A DNA stretch of 64,000 nucleotides. Origin: Flavobacteriales bacterium. GTDB lineage: Bacteria; Bacteroidota; Bacteroidia; Flavobacteriales_F; PHOS-HE28. The notes under the pieces are model-generated. The model made no database searches, was not told where the DNA came from, and saw only the letters and a program-made list of their open reading frames with translations. Position numbers and translations under genes: made by a program. Positions 1 to 7,953 of the stretch are shown here, piece after piece. The DNA lies in NCBI GenBank assembly GCA_031421755.1, contig JANOPI010000575.1:891-64890 (forward strand), given 5' to 3'. Each line of letters opens with the position of its first letter. The first letter of the stretch is position 1.

Positions 1-402
1 CAAAGCACCGAGGTGACCAGCGCCGAGATGATCGAGCGCGTGATCCGGTACGAGGTTACCGACGTGTTCATTTCGGAGATGGAATTGCTGGAGGAGAACA
101 TTCCTCCGTTGATCGAGGTAGGTATCAATATCGATCCTATCGAATTCAACTATCCACCGGATCCAGCCGACCCGGATCCTGGATCCTGCCAGCCGGTGCG
201 CATACTGAACAGCGATAGCACGTACGACCAAACAGCCGCGTCAGGTTCGACGCACGCACTGCCGAACGTTGTACACACGGATAGTGACGGTTCCCCGGTA
301 TCGCGTCCAGGCATGGTGCCGTTCGTGGCCACCCTTTGCTCGGGCGGAGGCGGACCAGCACCGGTTGATTACTACTACGCCATAGCAATGGGCCACCCAT
401 GA
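1..402 (+). CDS. hypothetical protein, 5'-truncated by the window edge
   Basis: The frame of ORF 13..402 stays open back to nt 1. It ends in an ATGA overlap with the next gene (399-402). No recognisable motif. Confidence 0.4.
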   Translation, partial: QSTEVTSAEMIERVIRYEVTDVFISEMELLEENIPPLIEVGINIDPIEFNYPPDPADPDPGSCQPVRILNSDSTYDQTAASGSTHALPNVVHTDSDGSPVSRPGMVPFVATLCSGGGGPAPVDYYYAIAMGHP

Positions 403-3116
403 GAGACCTGATAACCGCATACACTTTCGACAAGGCCGCCGGCACGGTGACTTTCACCGATATCGGTACCGTGGTGAAAGAGAAGATCCTGGGCATCTGG
501 AATGCCCAGACCGGTACCAAGCTGTACGATCCCCACTTGCCGGGGTTCGGTGGAACTGTTGCGACGAACGTGCTCACCCTGGCGGTGGACACTTCGGCGA
601 TGAACAACAGCGACACGCTGACGATCTTCTACGAGGGCCTGGAGTCGAATGCCCTGGCACAGCAGGCCACGTTAGCGGGCGTGCTCAGTGCGCTGGGCCA
701 AGTGGCGACCAACACGAACCTGATCAACCTGTTGATCGGCCTGGGTAACCCTGGTGATGTGGTGGCCAACACGGACACGGGGTTGCACAACCTGATCGCG
801 CTCACCAAGCGACTTGCCGTCCACCTCTCTACGCTGATCGCGAACCAGAGCACGGACGCGAGCCAGTTGGCGGGCAACGCGATCCTGTCCAACCTGTTGA
901 CCGAGCTGGGGCAGAAATTGGAGCCCGCGGATCTGGCGGCATTGGCCACAAGTGCCAAGCAAGACACGAGCAACACCGCACTGGCCGATATCCTGGCCGA
1001 ACTGCGGGATGATGTGTTCGTGTCCCAGATGATATGGGAGAACCCCACTACGCAGATCTTCTACCGAGAGGAGCGAGTGCGGTCCCAGAACGATGGATCG
1101 ATCACCACGGTGTACACCCGTTTGAGTGATCAAGTAGTAGTGGTGTCTCTCCCTGCTGGAGTGGTGCCGGTGGAAACCAGCGACGTGCGCACGGTGGAGT
1201 ACACCCGCTGGCGTGTGATCAACAACGGCACGGGATACTCCACCAACGACTGGTTGTTACAGACCACGATCGTTGATACCACAGGGTCGGGATCCATTGT
1301 AGGGACGTTCTGGTACAACGTCAACACCAGCTCCAGCATAGCTGCCCCGTTGTCGGCCGATATCGTGAGCCCGGACACGGAGGCGCTTAACGATATCGAG
1401 GCCCACACCCAGGACACGGTGACTCTCCTGGGCAACCTGATCACGGACACGGTAGCGGTATTGAACGCCATAGGGCCGGTGACGGATACCGCGCCGCTGA
1501 CGGATACCGCATCGGCCGCTTTGAACGGTAGGCTTCAGCGTATCGCCCAGCGCCTGACCACACTGATGGGGTTGTTGCCGACTGCACTGGGGGCCGGTGG
1601 CGGCCTGAAGGTGGATGGGAGCGGAACACCTTTGCCTGTTTCACTTTCCACTGTACCGCTACCAACAGGTGCGGCCACAGCAGCCAGACAGGATACGGGG
1701 AACACTTCCCTGGGGAGCATTGACACAAAGTTGCCGGCGGCACTGGTCGGAGGTAAGTTGTCCGTCACAGATCCGACCGCGCTACCCCTTCCTGCCGGTG
1801 CAGCTACCTCGGTCAAACAGGATACGATCATCACAGCACTGTCCGACCTGTTGGCCGAACTTCGGGATGATGTATTCGTGTCCCAGATGATCTGGGAGAA
1901 CCCGAGCACGCAGATCTTCTATCGCGAAGAGCGCATCCGTTCCCAGAATGATGGGACTCTTTCCACGGTGTACACGCGACTCAGCGATCAAGTAGTAGTG
2001 GGCTCTTTGCCTGCTGGAGTGGTACCGGTGGAGACGAGTGATGTTCGTAGTATCCAGCATGTGCGCTGGCGGGCAAGCGCGGGGGGCACCGGTTTCTCTA
2101 TCAACGATTGGATCATTGAGACAGTCATTATAGATACCACAGGTACCGGATCACTGGTAGGAACTTTTTGGTACAACTTGACCACGAGCGCGAGCATCGC
2201 CGCGCCGTTGTCTTCCTCCATTGTTAGCCCGGATACCGATGCGCTGAACAATTTGGTAGCTCGGACACCCGCTGCCCTGGGTTCCACCGGTGGCCTGAAA
2301 GTGGAGGTGATGAACAGTGCTGTTATCGCCGTCAGCATCAATGAGACTCAGCGGGAAGACGACAAGGCCAATAGCGCCACGAAGGGCTTTCCGGCGCTGA
2401 TCATGCGGAAAGACTCGCCGGTGAACATGTCCGATACGGATGAGGACTTTGAGTTTCCTCAAATGTCTGGCGGGGCTATTTGGGTAAGGCAGTCAGTAGC
2501 AATACCGGCTGGAACGAACCTTATCGGAAAGTTCGGCATCGATCAGACCACTCCGGGTACTACGAACCATGTGGCGATCATCCCAGGCCAGAACGGTGTG
2601 GCATCGAATGCGGGCACCAACAGTGCGCTGGTGCAGCGGGTCACCATCGCAACGGATGACGGCTTGCACACGAAGCTGGGGGAGGTGCAGACGACTCCTA
2701 CAGCGAACACGGTACTGGGACGGCTGAAGGATCTGATGACCGGTATAGTGCTGGCCGCCGGCACCGCCACCATCGGGAAGATCTACGCCGCTTTCCAGAG
2801 CACAAAGGCACTGACCAACGCCAACGTGTCCGTATCATCAAGCGGTGAGAACACGATCGTTGCTGCTGTTGCTGCGCAAACTACCCGCGTGTTCCGTGGC
2901 AGCTTCACTGCTGCGTCAGCGGTCACGCTCACGTTCAAGAGTTCAGCCGGCGGTACTACCCTGGCCACCATTCCACTGGCTGCTGGTGCAACGTTCGCCT
3001 TCGACTGTGCTGATGGTGGGGAACCTTTATGGGTCACCACCACGAACGGGGCCTTCATCCTTTCCCTGAGCGGTGCGGTGTCAGTCACTGGCTTCGTTCA
3101 ATACATCACGGCATGA
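399..3116 (+). CDS. large virion structural protein (fiber-like) with an internal ~149-aa duplication
   Basis: 905-aa ORF upstream of the sheath gene. Ser/Thr/Ala/Gly-rich, beta-rich C-terminus. Two ~80%-identical modules (LAELRDDVFVSQMIWENP..FYREER..). The function is only a positional guess. Confidence 0.5.
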   Translation: MRDLITAYTFDKAAGTVTFTDIGTVVKEKILGIWNAQTGTKLYDPHLPGFGGTVATNVLTLAVDTSAMNNSDTLTIFYEGLESNALAQQATLAGVLSALGQVATNTNLINLLIGLGNPGDVVANTDTGLHNLIALTKRLAVHLSTLIANQSTDASQLAGNAILSNLLTELGQKLEPADLAALATSAKQDTSNTALADILAELRDDVFVSQMIWENPTTQIFYREERVRSQNDGSITTVYTRLSDQVVVVSLPAGVVPVETSDVRTVEYTRWRVINNGTGYSTNDWLLQTTIVDTTGSGSIVGTFWYNVNTSSSIAAPLSADIVSPDTEALNDIEAHTQDTVTLLGNLITDTVAVLNAIGPVTDTAPLTDTASAALNGRLQRIAQRLTTLMGLLPTALGAGGGLKVDGSGTPLPVSLSTVPLPTGAATAARQDTGNTSLGSIDTKLPAALVGGKLSVTDPTALPLPAGAATSVKQDTIITALSDLLAELRDDVFVSQMIWENPSTQIFYREERIRSQNDGTLSTVYTRLSDQVVVGSLPAGVVPVETSDVRSIQHVRWRASAGGTGFSINDWIIETVIIDTTGTGSLVGTFWYNLTTSASIAAPLSSSIVSPDTDALNNLVARTPAALGSTGGLKVEVMNSAVIAVSINETQREDDKANSATKGFPALIMRKDSPVNMSDTDEDFEFPQMSGGAIWVRQSVAIPAGTNLIGKFGIDQTTPGTTNHVAIIPGQNGVASNAGTNSALVQRVTIATDDGLHTKLGEVQTTPTANTVLGRLKDLMTGIVLAAGTATIGKIYAAFQSTKALTNANVSVSSSGENTIVAAVAAQTTRVFRGSFTAASAVTLTFKSSAGGTTLATIPLAAGATFAFDCADGGEPLWVTTTNGAFILSLSGAVSVTGFVQYITA
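948..1394 (+). repeat. intragenic duplication, copy 1 (aa 184-332)
   Basis: TSAKQDT..SPDTEALN aligns residue for residue with aa 470-618 of the same protein. The offset is 286 aa (858 nt). Confidence 0.85.
1806..2252 (+). repeat. intragenic duplication, copy 2 (aa 470-618)
   Basis: TSVKQDT..SPDTDALN. The DNA differences from copy 1 are of all substitution types. Confidence 0.85.
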
Positions 3117-4024
3117 TCAGCGTAACAGTTCCAGGCACACCCGCAGTTGCCAACGTTCAGATCAACTATGGGAGCAGTGGCACATGGACCAAGCCAAGTG
3201 GCTTGAAGGCTGTCCTGGTCGCGTGCGTTGGTGCTGGTGGTGGATCGGGTTCAGGCCGGCGTGGGGCTTCATCCAGCAGTCGGGCAGGCGGTGGGGGAGG
3301 CGGGGGCGGTGCCATCGTGTGGAAGTACATACCGGCGGCTTCGCTCGGTGCGACTGAGACGGTCACGATAGGTGCTGGCGGTGTTGGTGGGGCTGCTGTA
3401 ATGGTGGACTCCACGAACGGCAACTCAGCGGGCGGTGGAGGTGATACCCTTTTCGGGGCACACATTGACGCGGCCGGCGGTGGAGCTGGGGCCGGTGGAA
3501 CAACAACCTCTGGAACCGGCGGAGTGAACGGTGGACTTGCATCGGCTTGTACGCCGGCCTTCGGACCGAACGCACTGAGCGGCAACCAGCGCACAACTCC
3601 TTCCACCACAACAACGGCTGGGGGCAACGGTATGAACGGATCCTCTGCTTGTCCCAGTGGGGGAACCGGTGGAGGACTTACAGGCGGCAATGCTACCAGT
3701 GCCGGTGGAGACGGTGGTGGGGTTTACAACAATGGGACGTTGACAAACGGTCCGACCGGCGGGGCCGCAGGTGTAGCAGGTACCGCCGGCACATCGAACG
3801 TGAGCCTGATGCTGTTGCTGGACGGCGTGGCCCTTGCGTTGGGCCTTGGTACAGCGGGGTCCGGTGGGGGCAGCAGTACCACAGCAGCAGCGGGTGCCGG
3901 TGCCAATGGCGGGAACTATGGAGCGGGTGCGGGAGGTGGTGGAGCATCGGCCAACGGTTTCAATAGTGGCGCTGGAGCCAACGGTGGTGGAGGGCTTTGC
4001 GTTGTTTTGGAGATCTACGATTAA
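3113..4024 (+). CDS. glycine-rich protein (probable virion/fiber-associated)
   Basis: I placed the start at ATG 3113 (MISVTVPG...), which forms an ATGA overlap with the upstream stop, rather than at the track start 3029. Long G/A/T/S/N-rich sequence with GGGGGGGG runs. Confidence 0.55.
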   Translation: MISVTVPGTPAVANVQINYGSSGTWTKPSGLKAVLVACVGAGGGSGSGRRGASSSSRAGGGGGGGGAIVWKYIPAASLGATETVTIGAGGVGGAAVMVDSTNGNSAGGGGDTLFGAHIDAAGGGAGAGGTTTSGTGGVNGGLASACTPAFGPNALSGNQRTTPSTTTTAGGNGMNGSSACPSGGTGGGLTGGNATSAGGDGGGVYNNGTLTNGPTGGAAGVAGTAGTSNVSLMLLLDGVALALGLGTAGSGGGSSTTAAAGAGANGGNYGAGAGGGGASANGFNSGAGANGGGGLCVVLEIYD

Positions 4025-4033
4025 GCCGCTGAC

Positions 4034-4042
4034 AAGTCACTT
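4034..4042. repeat. AAGTSACTT palindrome copy (cAAGTCACTTg), intergenic
   Basis: Read directly. It lies 7 nt upstream of the TTTG of the sheath promoter-like element. Confidence 0.9.
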
Positions 4043-4049
4043 GGCTGCG

Positions 4050-4095
4050 TTTGTTGCATCGGAGAAAATTGTTCCTACTATTGCCCACGCAAACC
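4050..4095 (+). promoter_or_regulatory. class-B promoter-like element upstream of the sheath gene
   Basis: TTTG(4050)-N22-TACTATTG(4076-4083)-cccacgcaaac. It aligns with the 51137 copy (..aaattgttccTAcaCTTGcgctgcccagac). Confidence 0.35.
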
Positions 4096-4105
4096 CGACC
4101 ACATC

Positions 4106-5668
4106 ATGAGCCTCACCGGACTCGCACACTCTGAGATCGAAGTCATCAACCGATCTGTGATCGTGGGCACGGGCCTACGGGGGATCATCGGAGTACAAGG
4201 CCCCACCGATATGGGGCCGATCAACACTCCCATGCTCGTGGGATCATGGTCCGAGTTCAAACGCATTTTCGGCGGGTTGATCACCACGGATGACTTCCCC
4301 CTGTATTGCCGGCGTATGCTGGAGGCCGGGGCGAAGTTGCGGGTGAACCGTCTGGGGCACTACACAACGATCGGCGATGCCACCACTCTGGTGGGAGTGA
4401 AGGCCACCATCACGGCCGGCTCCGGTGGTAACACCGCAGTGTTCACCGCGAAGAACATCGGTACCTGGGCCAACGGTGCCGTGGTGACCATCACCGCAGC
4501 GGCAAGTGGCTTGGCGGGCAGGGTCGATATCAAGTTCACGTTCGCCGATGCGAACATGAACCAGACGATCTACAACGTGAAGAACACGGCCATGACAGCT
4601 ACCGACAAGGAGCTGTTCAATGTGGCATCCCAGTACATCGATATCGGTGCAACGGCCGGCACGTTGGCCCCTGGTACGGCAACGCTCGCGAGCGGTACGT
4701 ACGTGGTGGGAGCTATCGTAGCCGCTGACTACACCGGTGATGTGGTGGGCAAGAACGGCTGGCACGCCTTCGATGAGATCGTTGACATCATCAAACTGTG
4801 CGCACCGTCGAAAGCGGATCCCGCGATCGACCTGTCACTGTCCGTCTATGTGGACAGCCGCCCCGATATCATGGGCCTTGTGCGCACCCCCATCGGTCTG
4901 AGCGATGCCGTAGCAGTGGAGTACCGCGAGGCCACGGGTGCCTACGCCGGTGGCACCGCGCTCGACAACTGGCGCATGGGCATGTTCACCGGCGGCCTCC
5001 GCGTGCTGAACCCTGAGACGCAGGTGCCCCTGGACCTGAGCGAGATCGGTGACGCAGCGGCCTGCTTCAGCCGTCGCGACAACAATGATCCCGACCAGTT
5101 CAAAGCCGCAGCAGGTCCCAAGCGCGGCCGCATCAAGAACACCTTGGGTGTCCTCTTCAACGTGGGCACTCCTGCACGCCAGACGAACGGAGACAACTTG
5201 ATCGCCCACGGTATCAACCCAGTGATCCTGCATCAACAGTATGGCCCGGTACTGTGGGGTAACAAGACCCTGACCAAGACCTACGCGGGCACGTTGCTGG
5301 AGGGCTTCAACGTTGCGGAGCTGATCGTGCAGATCTACCGCGAGATCAAGCCGCTGATCGATTTCGAGCTGTTCGATCCGAACGACCCCATCACCTGGAA
5401 GAACATCTACCGCAAGGTGCGGGAGCTGATGAACGTGGTGCAGGAGAAGCGTGGCGTGTACGGCTGGGTCTACCAAGGTGACCAGGACGTGGATGATATC
5501 ACGCAGATCGTGATCAACACGCCGAACGACGTGGCCGCAGGTCGCTACGTGTTCCACCTGTATTTCAAGCCCATCCGGGCCATGGAGTACATCGGCGCGA
5601 AGTTCATCGTGGACAACAACAACGTGGACTACGAGGCGCTGTTGACGCAGCCCGATGCGCAGCCCTAA
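4106..5668 (+). CDS. contractile tail sheath protein
   Basis: 520 aa. Sheath-like N-terminus (GVQGPTDMGPINTPMLVGSWSEFKRIFGG) and C-terminal region (PVLWGNKTL..). A tube gene follows immediately. Confidence 0.85.
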   Translation: MSLTGLAHSEIEVINRSVIVGTGLRGIIGVQGPTDMGPINTPMLVGSWSEFKRIFGGLITTDDFPLYCRRMLEAGAKLRVNRLGHYTTIGDATTLVGVKATITAGSGGNTAVFTAKNIGTWANGAVVTITAAASGLAGRVDIKFTFADANMNQTIYNVKNTAMTATDKELFNVASQYIDIGATAGTLAPGTATLASGTYVVGAIVAADYTGDVVGKNGWHAFDEIVDIIKLCAPSKADPAIDLSLSVYVDSRPDIMGLVRTPIGLSDAVAVEYREATGAYAGGTALDNWRMGMFTGGLRVLNPETQVPLDLSEIGDAAACFSRRDNNDPDQFKAAAGPKRGRIKNTLGVLFNVGTPARQTNGDNLIAHGINPVILHQQYGPVLWGNKTLTKTYAGTLLEGFNVAELIVQIYREIKPLIDFELFDPNDPITWKNIYRKVRELMNVVQEKRGVYGWVYQGDQDVDDITQIVINTPNDVAAGRYVFHLYFKPIRAMEYIGAKFIVDNNNVDYEALLTQPDAQP

Positions 5669-5719
5669 GAGCTGAACGCAGAGCAACAAGAGCACCAAAC
5701 AGGATAACGACCTACCCAC

Positions 5720-6178
5720 ATGCCCGCACACGTTCCGAACGCCCGGAAGGGGTTCAACTTCAAGATCGAGATCAACGGCCTCGATGCGTTCGAGTGCCAG
5801 AAGGTCACGCTGCCCGAGGTAGAGATCGAGGGCGTGGAGCACGGCGACACCAACTACAAGGTGAAGACCGCCGGACAGGTCAAGGTCGGCGATATCAAGA
5901 TCGAGAAGCTGAAGCGGCTCCCCGGTTCCGATACGTGGGCCTGGAACTGGCTGAAGCAGGCGCAGAACATGACCACCGGAGCCGGCGGTCTGGCCAGCGA
6001 CTACAAGCGCACGGTGATCATCAAGGAGATGACACCTTCCGGCCTGGGCACCTTGAACAAGTGGGTGTGCGATGGTTGCTTCGTGAAGAAGGTCAGCCAG
6101 AGCGACTTCAGCCGGATGGACAGTGAGAACATCATCCAAACGGTGGAGCTGTCCGTTGACACCATCGAGAACCTTTAG
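5720..6178 (+). CDS. tail tube protein (T4 gp19 / phage tail-region protein family)
   Basis: 152 aa. KGFNFKIEINGLDAFECQKVTLPEVEIEGVEHGD matches the usual tube-family N-terminal pattern. Its position after the sheath fits. Confidence 0.8.
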   Translation: MPAHVPNARKGFNFKIEINGLDAFECQKVTLPEVEIEGVEHGDTNYKVKTAGQVKVGDIKIEKLKRLPGSDTWAWNWLKQAQNMTTGAGGLASDYKRTVIIKEMTPSGLGTLNKWVCDGCFVKKVSQSDFSRMDSENIIQTVELSVDTIENL

Positions 6179-6226
6179 GAACGACCTGCGCCCGTAACAA
6201 GGCCAGCTTTCCGCCATGGAAAGACC

Positions 6227-6256
6227 ACAGCAGCCCTCCGGGGCTGTTGTCGTTTT
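6227..6256 (+). terminator. rho-independent terminator-like hairpin after the tube gene
   Basis: acagcagccc-tccg-gggctgttgt (10-bp stem with one G-U pair, 4-nt loop), followed by cgtttt. Confidence 0.6.
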
Positions 6257-6398
6257 CAATACCTTCGGTGGACCTTAACACTCACCAACACCAGCAAACC
6301 GACTATGGTATAACGAAGGCTGCACGCACTCTTGAACCTGTGACAACACACACCCGCAACGGTGTGCGTTGTTGCTTTCAACAGGCACTGGTAGGAAA

Positions 6399-6407
6399 AA
6401 GTCACTT
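6399..6407. repeat. AAGTSACTT palindrome copy (aAAGTCACTTg), intergenic
   Basis: Read directly. It lies about 40 nt upstream of the lipoprotein ATG. Confidence 0.9.
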
Positions 6408-6435
6408 GACCGCGTGCGGATGTCTGGGCGGATCC

Positions 6436-6443
6436 TACATTTG
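6436..6443 (+). promoter_or_regulatory. TACATTTG, a perfect TAnnTTTG (-7 box-like) motif
   Basis: It ends 4 nt before ATG 6448. No well-spaced -33 TTTG is present, so this is weak. Confidence 0.25.
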
Positions 6444-6447
6444 GGCC

Positions 6448-6867
6448 ATGCGATCCCAGATGGTTCTCCTTTCCCTTGCGCTCATGTCCACGAGCGTATT
6501 GGCGTGCTCCACGAGCACCGGAGACAATGCACGTGATGCTGCGGTACAGCGAACCAGCGAAGCCCCCCAGCAGGAGGCCGTGCTGGTGAGCATGCCCGTG
6601 GTGGCCTTGCACAGTGTGGACATGGTGAGCTGTGACGTGATCACCCTGAACGACGCGGCCAGTCCGCCGTACTACGGGGGAGCTATCGCACAGCAGGTGA
6701 ACAACGATCGTTGCCTCGTGCCCAGCCCTGACGGGTCGGCATTGCACCGAACGTGCCACCAGCAACCTTCCGGTGATACCGGTGCGAACATTACAGCCTA
6801 CAGGCAACCACCTCCAGCGGCACCCAGGGACCACTCCAGTGGCGGGGTAGGCGACTGGCGGCAGTGA
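6448..6867 (+). CDS. putative lipoprotein (moron between the tube and chaperone genes)
   Basis: An internal ATG of track ORF 6247..6867 gives MRSQMVLLSLALMSTSVLAC|STST, a signal peptide plus lipobox Cys. Hairpins at 6227 and 6918 bracket it. The antisense ORF is R/G/H-rich junk. Confidence 0.5.
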   Translation: MRSQMVLLSLALMSTSVLACSTSTGDNARDAAVQRTSEAPQQEAVLVSMPVVALHSVDMVSCDVITLNDAASPPYYGGAIAQQVNNDRCLVPSPDGSALHRTCHQQPSGDTGANITAYRQPPPAAPRDHSSGGVGDWRQ

Positions 6868-6917
6868 CCACCACCGAAGCAAGCAGCCGACGCTACAGAA
6901 GCAAGGAGCGGCACTAA

Positions 6918-6950
6918 GAAGGCCCGAGGACTTGAAACCCTCGGGCCTTC
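6918..6950 (+). terminator. terminator-like hairpin after the lipoprotein gene
   Basis: gaaggcccgagg-acttgaaac-cctcgggccttc, a perfect 12-bp stem. Confidence 0.6.
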
Positions 6951-6980
6951 GTCACTTTCAACCCCTCAACTCAACTTTCC

Positions 6981-7793
6981 ATGGCAAGCACACACAAGTT
7001 CACCTTACCCAGCGGCCGCATGTGCGAGGTCCGCGAAATGACCGGTAAGCACCAGAAGATCCTCACCGAGAAGAAGAGCGGCAACTATGCCGACAAGCTG
7101 AACATCATCCTGGCTGATATCATCGTGCGCGTAGGCGACGAGACGGATATCAACGAGGGGTTCGTCACTGACATGCTCAGTGTGGATCGCAAGGCCGCGC
7201 TGGTTCAATGCCGGCACTTCAGTCTCGGGTTCCCCGAAACGTTCAAGTTCACCTACACCTTCAAGGGGGAGTTCACTTTGCGGGATGTGGATCCTGAAAC
7301 CGGTGACGTGAAGAAGACCACGTACCACGAGATCAAGGAAGAGATCGAGGTGCCCACACCGGAGTTCAAGATCACGCCGTACCCAGGCAGCGCCGAGTGG
7401 CCGGCTGGTGCATACAAGGACATTGATCGCAAGCGGACCATCATCCTGCCCCGTAGTGAGAAGAAGGTGGTGTTCACACTGATGGACGGTAGGGCTGAAG
7501 CTCGTGCTGTGGGCCTCACCGATACCAACAGCCACACCCAGCTACAGCTCCGTACCCCGGTGTACATGCACAAGGGGGCGAATGCTGAAGTCCCGATCCA
7601 ACTGGATCTGGATGATCTTTCGCTGATGGACATCGAAGCCTTGCGCAAAGCGATCACGGACGCTGAAGGTGATATCGATACCGGGATCCCGTTGGTGCAT
7701 CCGCACAAGGATCTCGTGGAAGAGAAGTTCGCAACGGTCCGCCTGGATCTGATCCAGGAGGTCAGTTTTTTCTTCCCTTCTCAGGCTACTTAG
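6981..7793 (+). CDS. tail assembly chaperone (gpG/gpE analogue)
   Basis: 270-aa ORF between the tube and tape-measure genes. A slippery heptamer near its 3' end opens a -1 extension that stops just before the tape-measure start. Confidence 0.6.
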   Translation: MASTHKFTLPSGRMCEVREMTGKHQKILTEKKSGNYADKLNIILADIIVRVGDETDINEGFVTDMLSVDRKAALVQCRHFSLGFPETFKFTYTFKGEFTLRDVDPETGDVKKTTYHEIKEEIEVPTPEFKITPYPGSAEWPAGAYKDIDRKRTIILPRSEKKVVFTLMDGRAEARAVGLTDTNSHTQLQLRTPVYMHKGANAEVPIQLDLDDLSLMDIEALRKAITDAEGDIDTGIPLVHPHKDLVEEKFATVRLDLIQEVSFFFPSQAT

Positions 7794-7948
7794 AGGACTT
7801 GTATTGCTACCTGTCCGTAGGTGGCTTGCAGGGACTGACGTTGACTGAGATGGAGCATTTGAGTTTGGTGAGCCTGACGCGCTTGTACGAGAACATCAAA
7901 GAGCTGAAGGCCCGAGAGCAAGAAGAACTGGATCGGATAAAAAGGTAG
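6981..7948 (+). CDS. chaperone -1 frameshift fusion product (gpGT/E+E' analogue)
   Basis: After a slip at 7766-7772, the -1 frame is open from 7772 to TAG 7946-7948 (..LPFSGYLEDLYCYLSVGGLQGLTLTEMEHLSLVSLTRLYENIKELKAREQEELDRIKR). It ends 5 nt before the tape-measure ATG. Confidence 0.55.
7766..7772 (+). other. programmed -1 frameshift slippery heptamer T_TTT_TTC
   Basis: In the zero frame the sequence reads AGT TTT TTC, an X_XXY_YYZ pattern. It lies 19 nt before the zero-frame TAG (7791-7793). Confidence 0.6.
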
Positions 7949-7953
7949 GAACC

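Noticed and set aside
399-3116. The duplicated 450-bp module could be a DGR template/variable repeat pair.
   Set aside because: Differences between the copies include all substitution types and are not biased to adenines. Both copies are in frame in the same gene. No reverse transcriptase is visible in the window.
3166-3690. A proline-rich 174-aa minus-strand ORF.
   Set aside because: It is the reverse complement of the Gly-rich (GGN) coding region of 3113-4024. CCN runs are an automatic by-product of that.
4835-6259. A 474-aa minus-strand ORF. Similar long antisense ORFs occur at 23465-24487, 35174-36460, 43323-44882, 46384-47544, 46986-48032 and 17148-18155.
   Set aside because: These are Arg/Gly/His/Leu-rich, low-complexity translations lying opposite + strand genes with clear family motifs (sheath, methyltransferase, polymerase, Rad50, endolysin). 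Such shadow ORFs are typical of GC-rich DNA.
6256-6882. A 208-aa minus-strand ORF, and the long form of the + ORF (6247-6867).
   Set aside because: The minus-strand translation is R/G/H-rich with no features. The + ORF upstream of 6448 runs through the terminator hairpin. The internal ATG at 6448 gives a clean lipoprotein signal.
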